Positions 39,652 through 52,859 of a stretch of 64,000 bases of DNA are shown piece after piece (within the stretch, counting starts at the first letter, position 1; each line of letters starts with the position of its first letter). The position numbers and the translations under genes were made by a program. The DNA is from Octopus vulgaris (Eukaryota), in contig OX597832.1 in assembly GCA_951406725.2 (NCBI GenBank), positions 70,990,001-71,054,000 of the forward strand, in the 5' to 3' direction. The notes below the pieces were generated by a model. The model had not been told where the DNA came from. It searched no databases and saw only the letters and a list, made by a program, of their open reading frames with translations.

Positions 39652-39968
39652 GGTACCAGCATGGCTGTGTGGTCAAGAAGATCGCTTGCAACCACCTGAT
39701 TTGGGTTCATCCCTGAGACGACCACGTGAGTGAATTTGGTAAACGGGAGACGCCCGTCATATACGTGTGTGTGTGTGTATGTGTGTGTGTGTACCGCCAC
39801 CACTTGACAACCGGTGTTGATTTTCCTGTAACTTAGCAGTTCGACATAAGAAACCAATAGAAATTCTACCAGAACATAAAATATAAAGGGGTCGATTTGT
39901 TCGACTAAACCCCTTTAAAGTTTTGCTCCAGTATGGCCTCACTCCTGTAACTGAAGAAAGTAAAAGAT
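39652..39968 (+). mobile_element. SINE family A, diverged and internally deleted
   Basis: Head gcatggctgtgtggt.. and tail ggggtcgatttgttcgactaaa..gctccagtatggcc. Confidence 0.7.
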
Positions 39969-40187
39969 ATGTTAAACTATTCTCTTCCGTCCATTTTCTT
40001 TCTGTATTTCTCCCATCCTTTTTCTCTTCCATCCTCCTCCTCCTCCACCACCTTCTCACTCTTCTGCATCTTCATCACCTACCAATTTCTTTTACTGTTT
40101 TCGACATCGTCATCATCATCATCCTCATCAACATTATCAGCAGCAGCAGCACCGCCACCATCACCATCTGTTTCTTTCCAATTTTTC

Positions 40188-40189
<2 letters not shown>

Positions 40190-40282
<93 letters not shown>
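40190..40282. repeat. (CTT)n-(ATT)n compound microsatellite
   Basis: Direct reading. Confidence 0.95.
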
Positions 40283-40283
<1 letters not shown>

Positions 40284-40630
40284 TTCTTCCTACTTTCATT
40301 TTCCCCCACCTCACTCATCTCCTTTTCTTATTGTTCCTCTTTAGTTTCTATTCTAAATATTGTTTCTACGCAAATCTCCAGCATCGGACAAACGACATTC
40401 GAGTTACAGATATAATTCCACAGCTTCCTTTGCTGTTGCTGCTGCTGCTGCTGCTGCTGCTGTTATTGTTCCTTGTGTTGGCTTTAGTGGTGACGGTTGT
40501 GGTGGGTCTGGACCCATTAAGTTTTAAATCAACAGATGATATTTCTCCGTCAATTCCACCACCAGGATCGTTTCACAGCATTTTCACATTATTCACACAC
40601 ACACTCACACACACACATACACACACACGC

Positions 40631-40661
<31 letters not shown>

Positions 40662-40964
40662 TATGTTTGTGGCTATTTATATGTTGTATGTATGTATACA
40701 TACATATATATGTATATATACATATGTATATATATGTATATGTATATATATATATATGCGCATTATATGTATGTATATGTATATATATATATATATATAA
40801 TCTTTATAGGAGTGGCTGTGTGGTAAGTAGCTTGCTTACCAACCACATGGTTCCGGGTTCAGTCCCACTGCATGACACCTTGGGCATGTGTTTCCTACTA
40901 TAACTTCAGGCCTACCAAAGCCTTGTGAGTGGATTTGGTAGACGGAAACTGAAAGAAGCGTGTC

Positions 40965-41001
<37 letters not shown>

Positions 41002-41009
<8 letters not shown>

Positions 41010-41274
41010 ATGTTACATTACTCGGTAGTCAAGATAAAACTCTGAGTTTCAGATGCCGAAGTGGAAATCCACAACACCATCTCTTCGGTTATCTGGCTAT
41101 TTTCAGATAATAGCCAGATAACCGAAGAGATGGTGTTGTGGATTTCCACTTCGGCATCTGAAACTCAGAGTTTTATCTTGACTACCGAGTAATGTAACAT
41201 ATTGTATAGATAAATTTCCTCTATTTACATAATATTGAGGTCTCTTTCTTTCTTTTGTTATCTTACCGTTTTAT

Positions 41275-41277
<3 letters not shown>
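41002..41277 (+). mobile_element. Mini HHR element: perfect 100-bp palindrome plus 3' extension
   Basis: Arms 41002-41101/41109-41208 with 7-nt loop TTCAGAT. Flanked by (AT)n. Confidence 0.85.
41116..41178 (+). ncRNA. Hammerhead motif, U4C variant (mirror copy at 41032-41094 on minus)
   Basis: AGAUAA-CCGAAGA-GAUG..GUGGA-uu-UCCAC..CAUC-U-GAAA-CUCAGAG-UU-UUAUCU. Confidence 0.72.
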
Positions 41278-41319
<42 letters not shown>

Positions 41320-41688
41320 GGAGGCGCAATGGCCCAGTGGTTAGGGCAGCGGACTCGCCGTCATAGGATCGCGGTTTCGATTCCCAGACCGGGCGTTGTG
41401 AGTGTTTATTGAGCGAAAACACCTAAAAGTTCCACGAGGCTCCGGCAGGGGATGCTGTACTCTTTCGCCACAACTTTCTCTCACTCTTACTTCCTGTTTC
41501 TGTTGTACTTGTATTTCAAAGGGCCGGCCTTGTCACTCTCTGTGTCACGCTGAATATCCCCGAGAACTACGTTAAGGGTACACGTGTCTGTGGAGTGCTC
41601 AGCCACTTACACGTTAATTTCACGTGCAGGCTGTTCCGTTGATTCGGATCAACCGGAACCCTCGTCGTCGTAACCGACGAAGTGCTTC

Positions 41689-41690
<2 letters not shown>
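41320..41690 (+). mobile_element. tRNA-derived SINE family B
   Basis: A box TGGCCCAGTGG (41330-41340), B box GGTTTCGATTCCC (about 41373-41385). Flanked by (AT)n. Confidence 0.85.
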
Positions 41691-41730
<40 letters not shown>

Positions 41731-41733
41731 GTA

Positions 41734-41777
<44 letters not shown>

Positions 41778-42058
41778 TGTGTCTGTGTTTGTCCTCCCAA
41801 CATCGCTTGACAACCAATGCTGGTGTGTTTACATTCCCGTAACTTAGCGGTTTGGCAAAGGATACCGATAGAATAAGTACTAGGCTTACAAAGAATATGT
41901 CCTGGAGTCTATTTTCACAACTAATGCCGGTGCTCCGTCATGGCCACAGTCAAATGACTGAAACAAGTAAAAGAGTAAAAGAGAATATATAAGATGGAGG
42001 TGGAAACAGCACAAAAGTTAAGTCTGAGAGGAAATTTTATAAAAAATTATATTAGAAA

Positions 42059-42093
42059 AATATTACCGCTTTCGATGCATCTCATCAAATATC
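42059..42093 (-). ncRNA. Degenerate minimal hammerhead-like motif
   Basis: GAUAU-UUGAUGA-GAU-gc-AUC-GAAA-GCGG-UA-AUAUU. C3U change and stem III mismatch. Confidence 0.4.
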
Positions 42094-42625
42094 AGTAATT
42101 TTTTTTTTTTTAATTTTAAGTAAAAACAGTTTATCTTCTGTTTGGGTGGGGTCAAGAACATGTTCACTCCCTCCATCAGATTGACATTACCTGTACAGGT
42201 GCAACTGGGTGCCACATGTCAGATGTTGAAATGATCGCAGCAATGCCACAACCACTAAGCCACACACACACACACGCACAGACACATACCTTGATTATTC
42301 CTTCTACCTGATCAAGTCAGTCTCTTTCTCTCTCTCATACACACACACACACACCATTCACCTCAGGAACACCTAATAAGAATTAAATATATTAAACATA
42401 TGTTGAAGTGAATCGAACGGCTTTTGTGTGTTTCTTAAATGGCGAGTGGCTGAGGCGAATTTGTTGTCAATTGAATTATCTGAGTTGTAGTCGGGAGTTT
42501 GTTACCAGCTGTTGGTTTTTGAAAAGGAAAAAAAAAAAGAAAAAGTAAGTTCTTTTCGAATTGTTATTCGAAGTATATTATTTGACTGACATTTATTGAA
42601 GTCGCTAAGGAGGGGTAGGCCAATA

Positions 42626-44020
42626 ATGGCCAACCCGAAGGCGGACAGAACTGAGGACCGAACCCAGGTCCTAAACAAGAGTCCAGTTGGCGGGATGTCC
42701 AGTCCAGAAGGAATGCCAGTTAGCAGGATGTCCAGCCCAGGAAGAATGGGTATACCCGTTTTTTCCTCTGATACTGACGAAGAGGAAAGAAGCGTAACCA
42801 AAAAAGAAACATTAAAAGTACGCAGAAGTATAGACGTGCCAAGCTTGGCAAAGAAGATGTTAAACTTTGCCGAAGCGGCAAGTCCCGAAGAAAGGAAAAT
42901 TGATTTGTCAAAAATGGAAGAAATAAAGAAGACTATATCAAGAAATTGTTATGAGATAAAAATACGGCAGACACAGGAATCTCGTGAAGAGATAGAAAAA
43001 AGGACAATAATTTATAAAACGTACAGAAATAAAGAGAGAAAAATAGACTTTTCATTGGAAAAGGAAGTGGAACTGTGTTTGAAACCCATCTGGGAAAAGA
43101 TAAAATTCATCACCAGGGGAAAACGATACGGAACTGTGGAGACTAGATTTGGAACGGAGGAGGAAGCAAGGGAGCAATCGATGAATCCTCTAAGAACAGA
43201 GGCGATAACTCTTCTCCCCATCTACAGAGGAAGACGCGTTTCAAGAATAACGGTAATAAACATTCCGCCGGAGGTCGATCCCGAACAAATAGTGGCCGGA
43301 GTCACCGCAGGATTAGAGGAGAAACTCGAAATCCGGGACGCTACTGTCGAAGACGCCAAAAAGTGGCAAGGGCAGAAGGTGAAGATAACGATACAAGCAG
43401 AGCCGGCTGTCCTAGAGGTGATTGAAATTGGCGACTGCCGGATGGCCGTAATGGTGGAGGGCCGGCAGCCCAGGTGTTTCACCTGTGGCAAAAAAGGCCA
43501 TATTAAAAGAGATTATAAACCGGAAGAAAAGGAGAAAAAGGATGAGCCCATAAAACCAAGCACACAAGTAACTGTAACAGCGACAACACCCGTACCAGAA
43601 GAAGGGGAGGGGTGGTCACAAGCAGCTACAAAACGAAAACATAAGAACCCCTCCCCTGAGAAAACCAAAAGTGGAGAGAAAAGGGAGGTTAAAAAAGCTA
43701 AAAAACCTGAAAAAGAGAACAAAATCTACGCGGCAATAAACACTTCGAACAGAGAAGTGATGCGAAGAGTAGAAACATAACGCATCGAAGAAGTAGAAAC
43801 TGAAGAAAAACAAGGAGGTTGGAAGTGCTACGTGATGGGACAAAGAGTGTTCAATATGCTTGCGAATGACTTTCGAAAAGATGTGTGCTCATCCAGGATA
43901 AGCAAAGAAGATGCCCTAAAAGACGTGGAAAGGAAGAGCACCAGCACGCCGATTCCACGGGCCCAGGAGGCAGAAGAGACGGGTTCCCCCCATCTGCCGG
44001 ACCCAGACGAAACAAGGTAA
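42626..44020 (+). pseudogene. Tx1 ORF1 (gag-like, zinc knuckle) with one premature TAA at 43778-43780
   Basis: Knuckle CFTCGKKGHIKRDY (last Cys replaced by Tyr). The frame continues past the TAA to 44020, 7 nt before the ORF2 ATG. Confidence 0.85.
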
Positions 44021-44027
44021 GCGAACT

Positions 44028-47000
44028 ATGGCTGTTCATGTTGGCTGTATAAATGTGCGTGGCCTGACATCGAACTGGAAAGAAGGGCGTTTCTTAAATG
44101 ATGTCAGGTCGCAGAATTTAGATGTGATTGTAGCTACTGAGACGCTAATCGAAGGGCCAAGAGATCTACTCCCGCTCCTGGATGGCTACGAGAAATTTAT
44201 TTCTCCTGGCCGGCGGGGGGCGGGAGTGGGGTGTTGGTCCTGCTTAAAAAAGATAGAGTCTCAGAGAAAAAGTTGATTTTTTCTGATTCAGAAGGTAGGC
44301 TGGTCGTCTTAGATCTGACGTTCAGTTGTGGTAAAGAAATCAGGCTGGTAGCGGTATATGCACCTAATTCGAGTTAGACTGATTTTTATCGAGACCTGGA
44401 GAAGTTTCTTGGCACGTCAAAATCCATAATCATACTAGGGGACTTTAACGTTATAGTCGATGCGTGCGTCGATAGTGTTGGCTCAAAAGATAGAAAACCA
44501 AACCTTGGCTTCCGGGATCTACTGAGTCGCTTCTAGCTTGTAGATCCCTACAGACTTGAATTCCCGAACGCTCCACAGTGGACGTGGTCAAATAGCGACG
44601 GGTCTGTCAGGTCCTACATAGACAGAATTCTCATTAGAAAAATAGATAAAGGATTAGTTAAGTGTCCACAGTTTCACCTGGTCAGTTACAGTGACCACAA
44701 GATGGTCACTGGCAAACTGGACCTAGATAAGTTATGTAGTAAGGGATTCGGCTATTGGAAACTCAATAAGTCCCTTTTGGCTATTGAGGAGTACAGAAAC
44801 CGGATCGAGTTATTAGTGCAGAGGGCGTTAACCGGTTCCATTATTAATAACAAATGGTGGTACGCCCTCAAAAGAGCCATCAAGTACGAGTCCGTTAGAT
44901 ACAGCATAGGTCTAGTAACTAGTGGCCGTAGGAAAGAGATGGGGCTAGTTAAGGCCTTAGAGGAAGCCATGAGATCTGGCGATGGAGCCCAGGTTAGGCT
45001 GAAGAGACTGGAGTTAAACCAGCACCTCGAAGCCAAGCATATGGGTTGTATCGTCAGAGCTAGAATTCGCGCAATGGGGTGCGAGGGTATTAGGGCTGCC
45101 CGATGGGCACGAGTTGGAGAGGTTCAACGTGGGAACGATTCCACAATTAAGTCTGTGACGAACGGGCAAGGCGATGTGATTACCGAGCCAGAGGAGATGT
45201 GTCGGACGTTTCAGGAAAACTTCGCTCGGCTTTTCGGGGGCGACAGCGGGCTGGAGGAGAGGGTGGACCTTACGGACCTCCTCACCGGGTTGCTGCGCCT
45301 CTCGGGGCAGGACGCGGAGAGCTGTGAAGCGTCGATCTCGCCTGAGGAGATAGCTGAGGCCTTGGCCGACTGCGATGAAGGTAAGGCGCCGGGAATTGAT
45401 GGTTTACCCTACGAGCTATATAAAAGGATGCCAGACTTGTTCGGGAACGTGCTGGCCGGCGTTTTCGCGAACTGGCATCAGAATGGGTTCATTCCCAGAT
45501 CTGTACGTTGGGAAGTGGTGACGCTGATCAGAAAGAACCCGAGCAAGGGGGATAGCATAGACAACTTTCGGCCCATCACCCTGCTAAATGCAGAGGTGAA
45601 GATTTTGGTCAAGGTGTTAGCGAAAAGGTTGACGCGGGTCGCGGGTGGTCTGATCGGGGAGGCACAAACTTGTGCGGTCCCCGGAAGAACCATTCAGGAC
45701 AATCTTCATCTAGTACGCTACACCATAGAGGGGTTTGAGAATGACTCTGGCAAAGGTGGGGCACTGGTCCATTTAGACCAGAGTAAAGCGTTTGATAGGG
45801 TGAACCATCGGTACCTGGTGTCCGTCCTGGCGCCGTTCGGTCTGGGCATTGGTTTCCTCAGGTGGATCATACAGTTGTACGATAACGTCGACTCGATCGT
45901 TCGGGTGAATGGCTTCCTTTCGAAGCCGTTCCGCATCAGACGGTCTGTTCGTCAAGGGTGTCCGCTCTCCCCGATTTTGTATGTGATGGCTCTCGAGCCA
46001 TTGCTGCGAAAACTGAGCGCCATCCCGACGAATCCAGGAGGTGGAGGATCTGTGACATCGTATGCGGACGACATCACCATCATCGTGACCAAGGTGGAAC
46101 TCCTACGTAATGTGGGAGATGCCATCAAGGCTTACGAGACGGCGACAGGAGCAAAGATTAACCGGGAAAAATCGGTCGGCTTGCAACTTGGCACCTGGAG
46201 GGGCAAGTCGATGCCTTCGAATAGCATCGTGGGATGCTGGACGGAGGGCCCGGTTAAGCTGCTAGGGATCTGGTTTGGTCCAGATCTCCAGATAGAAAAG
46301 AACTGGTCTGAGGTGACGAGCAAGGTGGCTCACGCGGTCAGGACTTGGTCCGGACGGTGGCTATCCTTGAAAGGGAGGGCGGAGGTGGCCAATGTGTTTT
46401 CAGCATCGGTCATCACCTACCGCCTGACCGTCGTCCCTTGTCCGGATTCGTGGTTAAACTAGTTGGAGAGGCAGATCTACTTTTTGTGGAAGGGAACCCC
46501 TCTTCTTGTAGAGGTTAAGGCATCTTTGGCTCTACCTGGATGGTGAACTGGTGTGGTCCCCGCTTGCGAGGCAGATGTTCCCCAGCTTTGCCAGTTTCGG
46601 TGGCAGAGAAACCTGGTATCGTCGTAGACTTAGGTCGAGCATGTGGTATTCGGAGTGTCATAAGGCACTCTGCCACTTCCGCAAGTCGGGCAATGCCGGC
46701 GGCTTTGGTACCACCGCAGCTTTCTATAGCAGGTTGGTAGAGGCCGGAAATGACGATGCCTTAGGAAGGACCTTGGGTCTCGATGGCAATCAGTTAGACA
46801 GCCTGTTCCGAAGGACGTTCGGGCCGAAGACATTGGATAACTTCCAGAAGTCTTTGACCTGGCAATGTTTCAGAGGAGCTTTACCCGTTCGGGATAAACT
46901 CACAAGGCATGGTTGGAGTGGACCATCGAACTGTCCAAGATGCGAGCGGGATCTGGAAACAGTCTTGCACGCTATTGTTCAGTGTCCGGAAGTTTCGGAC

Positions 47001-47333
47001 GTGTGGGTATATGCGGAACACCTGTTGTCAGACGGAAGAAGAGTACAGCTATCGGCTGAGACAATCATAAAAATTGACTCGCCTAGCTTTTTGACAAGTG
47101 AAGGTAAGCACTGCTTTCTCATTACAGTAGCAGTAGCGAAGGAGTGTATATGGAAGACTAGAATGAAAGCGGTAACGACAGGCACCATGATCTCTGGCTC
47201 CGCCTTGGTGAACTTTTTCAAGTTCCACCTAAAAAGAAAGGTGGAGATAGAGAAAAGGTGTCTGTCTGTGTGTGAGTTTGAGAAAAGATGGAAACGTGTG
47301 GCACGATTGCTGCGAGTGAAAGTGGCCACATGA
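44028..47333 (+). pseudogene. Tx1 ORF2 (APE endonuclease, RT, C-terminal zinc finger)
   Basis: Motifs INVRGL, VYAPN, LGDFN, IDRI, SDH, KAPGIDG, FRPITLLN, LDQSKAFDRV, VRQGCPLSP, YADD, CPRC..HAIVQC. Frameshift near 44220, TAG at 44375, 44534 and 46460, deletion near 46505. Confidence 0.93.
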
Positions 47334-47833
47334 GCACGCTATGAGTTAGCTGCCGAGTTTCAGTGGGAAAAGCAGGGCTCGTGGGGTCAGCAATCCTGGT
47401 GTTCCCACTTCATGTGTCATTTTTATATTGTGTTGTAAAAATTTGTGTATCATTCGATTTCTTCGATTTTGTTTTCGATTTTATGTAAAATTCTTAAAGA
47501 TCATTTTTTATGTAAATTTCATCCGTTTCTCATGACCCCAAATCATGATGTATTGTCCCCCTCTATGTTGGCCCCTTGTGGGTAATAAAGAAATAGTGTG
47601 TTTCTTAAATGGCTTACAAACACCTTCCACGCTGCAATTGTTTTCGTTCCAGCACACACGATCTCAGATCAAATCACTTGCTATGCGAGTACATCTCCCT
47701 ATATATATATATATATATATATATCACAAGACATTTTGTTTGACGATTGTTTGCCAACATAACATGGCAGTCCTGGTTTAGGACTAATGTTGCTGTAATT
47801 TAGCCCCAAGAGACATCATCTCCAGCTGGCTGT

Positions 47834-48717
47834 ACAACGAGCCATGATAAAACGATGGCAAGAAAAGCCCCTTCATGGTAAATACTGCACTAAACTAAAC
47901 GCAAAAGAAATAGACAAAGAAAAATCCCAGCAATGGTTGAGAAGCTCAGGACTCAAAGCAGAAACAGAGGGATTTTTAATTGCAGCACAAGACCAAAGCC
48001 TCCCCACCAGAAATTACCAAAAACATGTAATGAAAAGAAATATTACAAGTAACTGCAGAATATGTGGAGATGGACAAGAAACAATAAATCATATTATCTC
48101 TAGCTGCCCAGTCCTGGCTAAGAAGGAATATATTCACAGACATGACAGAGTTGGAACCTACATACATTGGAAGCTATGCCAACATTATGGAATAACAACA
48201 GAAAAAAGATGGTATAGGCACACACCAGAAAAGGTCACAGAAAACGAGAAAGCAACCATACTCTGGGATATGCCGATACACACAGATAGAGAAATTAAGG
48301 CCAACAGACCAGATATAGTTGTCGGAGATCATGAAGAAAAAAAATGCTTTCTAATTGATGTATCAATACCGGCAGATGACAACGTTTCTCTAAAAGAAAT
48401 GGAGAAACTCTCAAAATACAAAGACCTGGAAATAGAGGTAACTAGAATGTGGAACCTGAAAACAGAAACAATTCCTATCATAGTAGGTGCATTAGGCATG
48501 ATAAAAAAATATTCAGACAAATACATAACAAAAACACCAGGACTTACAAACACATATAACATACAGAAAATTGCACTACTAGGCACTGCACACATCCTAC
48601 GCAGAACACTCTCCATACAATAACCATCAGAGCATCACAACAAATCACACACATACCCAAGGCACACAGAGCTGCGCTCGGTAGTGAAGTGAAAGCACGC
48701 TATAAAAATAAAAACTA

Positions 48718-48720
<3 letters not shown>
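47834..48720 (+). mobile_element. 5'-truncated R4/Dong-type LINE (restriction-like endonuclease end)
   Basis: Open frame 47844-48623: WQEKPLHG, LIAAQDQ, CRIC..HIISSC, YIHRHD, RPDIV..IDVSIP..EKLSKYKDL. 3' UTR is followed by (AAT)n at 48721-48785. Confidence 0.93.
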
Positions 48721-48785
<65 letters not shown>

Positions 48786-49409
48786 TAATTATTAGTATTA
48801 TTATTATTATTATTATTGCACTTAGACAAGTTTCAAACCGAAGTTTGGAACCAATTTCGATTGCAAATCAAACTGAATTTATCTTAATTACGCCGCTAAT
48901 ACAATTGAGAAAATTATTCATTCTTCCACATCTTTATGTCCTGTGATACTGTTTCCTTCAATCTGAAATTTGGCAAAACAACAACAGCAGTGGGAGACCA
49001 CTTTGTCACACTCGCTTTCTTGTTCTACATCCGTTAAAATTGACGTATCCCCACTACCCCTCTAAACGCCTACCACCGACACATGACATATAATTCCAGT
49101 GTTCTCATTAGCATAGACTGTACATGAGCCAAGGAAGAAGCCTCTACTTGGTTGACAGAAGTACTAGAAAAAGCAGTCAAAATGTCCTCAAATTTCCTAG
49201 CTTACAAATGGATATATTAGATAATGTAGTGTTCCCGAGTTTACCTGAACATAGGAAAAAAATGTGATGGTCACGGATAGAGTGTCTTGATCATAGCTGC
49301 ATCCAATCTAGGCTGATAAACAAGTTGCATACAGACTATGCCTTTTAAGTGTTTTGATGATGAAACAATAAATTTGTTGCTACACAATAAATATTAGCAG
49401 CAGCGTGGT

Positions 49410-49885
49410 GAATGAAGTCGATAAATCGATCCCTTCCCTTGACTGGTATTTTATTTGATCTATTTAGAAAGGATGAACGACAAAGTTGAACACAGCTCAA
49501 TTTGAACTCAAAACGTAGAGCTTCAGCAAATATCGCACAGCATTTTTTCCAATGATTCTACCAGTCAGCCACATTTATTAATAATAATGGTTTCAAATTT
49601 TGGCACAAGACCAGCAATTTTAGAGGAGGGGGATATCTGATTTCAGCCACCCACAGCATTACTTATTCTATTGACTCTGAAAGGTTGAAAGGCAAAGTCG
49701 ATCTCGATAGAATTACAACTCAGACTGCCAGATCTCAGTCTTAATAATAAGATATTTTCTACTATAGGCACAAGGTCTGAAATTTGGGGTAGGGGAGTAA
49801 TTGATTACATCGACCCCAGTGATTCACTGGTATTTAACTTACCGATCCCAAAAGGATTAAAGGCAAAGTCAACCACGGCGGAATG
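49410..49885 (-). mobile_element. Cluster of three SINE family M fragments
   Basis: Three repeats of ..aaaggatgaaaggcaaagtcgac..gaat at about 49410-49570, 49590-49730 and 49757-49885. Confidence 0.7.
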
Positions 49886-49889
49886 AGTC

Positions 49890-50270
49890 AGACTAATTCC
49901 ATCAAGAATTATGACAGAAATGTTATGATTTACACATTTGGTGTATGTAGTGGAATGCACCAAACACAAAATGATTTATGTTGGTTGCACAACAGAACGA
50001 TTGCAAAAAAAGATTTAACGGACATAGGTACGATGTCAGGCACAATAATAGTGGTTCCCAGGACATGGAGGACAATACCAAAGGACAAGATACAACACAC
50101 AAAACAGTTGGGGGGGGGTTACATAGATCAAAAGGAAACACTACAACATCGAAGGATATAACAAAGGAAATATAAATAAAAGTTAAAGAAATTAATATTA
50201 AATAAATAGAAACCCCAATATCATGGCAGTTCACTTGGGGTAATTCAGGATAAACCCCATGCAAAAGTCC
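49890..50270 (+). pseudogene. PLE GIY-YIG relic
   Basis: YVVECTKHKMIYVGCTTERLQK, then a frameshift, then RFNGHRYDVRH. Confidence 0.6.
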
Positions 50271-50384
50271 CATGTTACTCTGCCATCACCAAGGCATGGA
50301 AAGTGCCATGTTTCAGTTTCTTTCCTCCTGCTTAGAAAATCATGTTCAGAGGATGAAAGGCCAAGTCAACCTCACTCTCACTAA

Positions 50385-50960
50385 TCTTGCCACTCCCGTC
50401 CACCTTTTGATAGACATGCTAGAAAGCAGCAGCTCCCTCTCTACCCGCACCATCCTTTTCGAATATTTGAAGAAATTGATAAGTGCTTGTCCAGATAGGT
50501 AAGTACCCGTCTTCAGACCTCTCAGACGAGTCCACTACAAAGCCTCTCTAGCCACAGCCACTAAACAAAGGAAGGTGGTGCTATAGGACAGCTAGATTCC
50601 TCTTACACGAGACAGCAACTGCTCCATACTTGCCCACAAGCTTCTAATTCACGGACACTGAGTGATTGCATACAGGACGATTTGTTCCCCTGCATGCATC
50701 TTGGACAAGTTCGGCTGTTGGCACTCCCATGCCTGAAGAGCTTGTCTCAAACAGGCAATTCCCCCTTGTAGCATTGTCATGTCAAAACTTTTTAGAAATT
50801 GCCCATTATCTTCGACTTGAAAGTCCTCAGACCATTCTCGTCAGTACCCAGAATCACTGCTAGGCCATCGTTGCCCATACCCTCAACTAGCCCCCCATAG
50901 AAATCTTGGGTCGTTCTTCTGCTAACGGTTTCGTCCAGCTAGTACAAGGCAGTGAGTGCC
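50385..50960 (-). mobile_element. Degraded Tx1 ORF2 C-terminal fragment
   Basis: FYGGLVEGMGNDGL..NF*KVLT*QCYKGELPV*DKLFRHG..TCPRC aligns with 46720-47000. Confidence 0.8.
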
Positions 50961-51075
50961 TGACAGCATCCTAATAATGATAATTGTAATAAGGAGAATA
51001 ATAATCCTTTCTATTATAGGTACAAGGCCTGAAATTTGGTGGTTGTGGGGGGGGGGGAGATTGTCGATCATTTTA

Positions 51076-51650
51076 TCAATTTTTAATAACTTCCTTAACT
51101 TTACAAATAAATGCATGAAATTTTCAGACAATATAAAGGACATAATGGATATTAATATGCACAAGTCAAATTTTGCAACACCACTACATCACATGATAAA
51201 TGACATCGCTTAAATGGCAGCCAGTCGACAATGTCGTAACGGGAACAGTTGCCTCATCTTACTGGAACCATGTGTTAGGTCTACATTCAATGACCTTCAC
51301 GTTCCGTAGACTTGACTAGCCCAGATTTCTCTTGTGGGGATACCTGAAAGAGAAGGTTTATGTCAACAAACTGGAGACCATGCTGCAGCTGAATGAGAAC
51401 ATCAATAGAGAAGTGGGGTCTGAAACATTTGAGGTTATGGTGTAAGTTTTGAAAAGAGCCTGGGCATGCGAAGCCGAAAATGGCTGCTATTTAAGTGATG
51501 TCATTTTTCATATGTGATGTAGTGGTGTTGCAAAATTTGACTCGTACATATCCATTATGTCCTTTATATTGTCGCAAAATATATTATTATTTGTAAAGTT
51601 AAGAAAGTTATTAAAAATTGAAACCCATCAGTGATTTTTGGGGCACCCTG
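51076..51650 (+). mobile_element. Internally deleted Tc1/mariner-superfamily DNA transposon with long TIRs
   Basis: TIRs about 51076-51223 (outer end missing) and 51481-51650, ending ..ggggcaccctg then TA. Internal remnant PSRSVDLTSPDF-LWGYLKEKVY. Confidence 0.85.
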
Positions 51651-52061
51651 TATGTGTGTGTATATATATATATATTTGTATGTGTGTGTGATGCATCACA
51701 CACACACATATATATGGTGTGGTGTAACAAAATGCAAGCTAATTGACCACTAAGATGAAGTCATAATATATCATGACATTACGTCATAAAAAATATTTTC
51801 AGATTTTCGTTGTGAAGAGGAATCTTTCAAAATGTCGTAATATCCTTGAAAGTCAAGCAGAAAATTCTGATTAACGTCTTTGCTGTTGTTTCTCTGTAAT
51901 TTATAGATTTGTCTTGATATTATTTCATAATTTATTGAAACATTTTAAAGGGTGTTTGCTGAACACGTCAATCACTCGTGGAATATACATAGCTTATCTG
52001 CAAAAAGAAAGAAGACAAATATGCACACAAATAGAAGCACGCGCGCGCACACACGTGTGTA

Positions 52062-52113
<52 letters not shown>

Positions 52114-52140
52114 TGTGTGTGTGTGTGTGTGTAAATGTGT

Positions 52141-52370
52141 TTTACTCTTTACTCTCTTTTACTCTTTTACTCTTTCACATGTTTCAGTCATTTGACTGCA
52201 GCCATGCTGGAGCACCGCCTTTAGTCGAGCAAATCGACCCCGGGACTTATTCTTTGTAAGCCCAGTACTTATTCTATCGGTCTCTTTTGCCGAACCGCTA
52301 AGTGGCGGGGACGTAAACACACCAGCATCGATTGTCAAGTAATGCTAGGGGGACAAACACAGACACACAA

Positions 52371-52444
<74 letters not shown>

Positions 52445-52606
52445 GACAGGCTTCTTTCAGTTTCCGTCTACCAAATCCACTCACAAGGCATTGGTCGGCC
52501 CGGGGCCATAGCAGAAGACACCTGCCCAAGATGCCACGCAGTGGGACTGAACTCGGAACCATGTGGTTGGTTAGCAAGCTACTTACCACACAGCCACTCC
52601 TGCGCC
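52141..52606 (-). mobile_element. SINE family A, complete
   Basis: Highly similar to 18666-19050. Confidence 0.92.
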
Positions 52607-52859
52607 TTTTAAGTAGACATTAAGCATTTTATTTTTCCTAATCGATATTAAGCAACCTCAAGTGTTTAAACAGTTTCCACAATATATTGATTGGTGTCAT
52701 AATAAGTTATACTTATATATTTCAGTTAAAGGTAAAATATGAGTTGTGGCAATCATACCTTTTTCAAACATGATTCACGTTTGGAATGGGTTGCGACGGT
52801 TTGAAATTTGAAAGTGTTTGTAAATCGGAGTCTACCCAGAACTTACATATCAACATTAT

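Larger units (their letters stand above)
40808..41984 (+). mobile_element. SINE family A split by nested insertions (5' half 40808-40968, 3' half 41773-41984)
   Basis: The halves join into a complete SINE A. Its internal (AT)n hosts 41002-41277 and 41320-41690. Confidence 0.85.
42444..47595 (+). mobile_element. Full-length Tx1-type (L1/Tx1 clade) LINE with 18-bp TSD, inactivated
   Basis: ORF1 plus ORF2. TSD GTGTGTTTCTTAAATGGC at 42426-42443 and 47596-47613. 3' end ..ccccttgtgggtaataaagaaata. Confidence 0.95.

Noticed and set aside
41320-41395. tRNA gene
   Set aside because: A and B boxes are present, but there is no good acceptor stem and it continues into a SINE body. The same applies at 8495.
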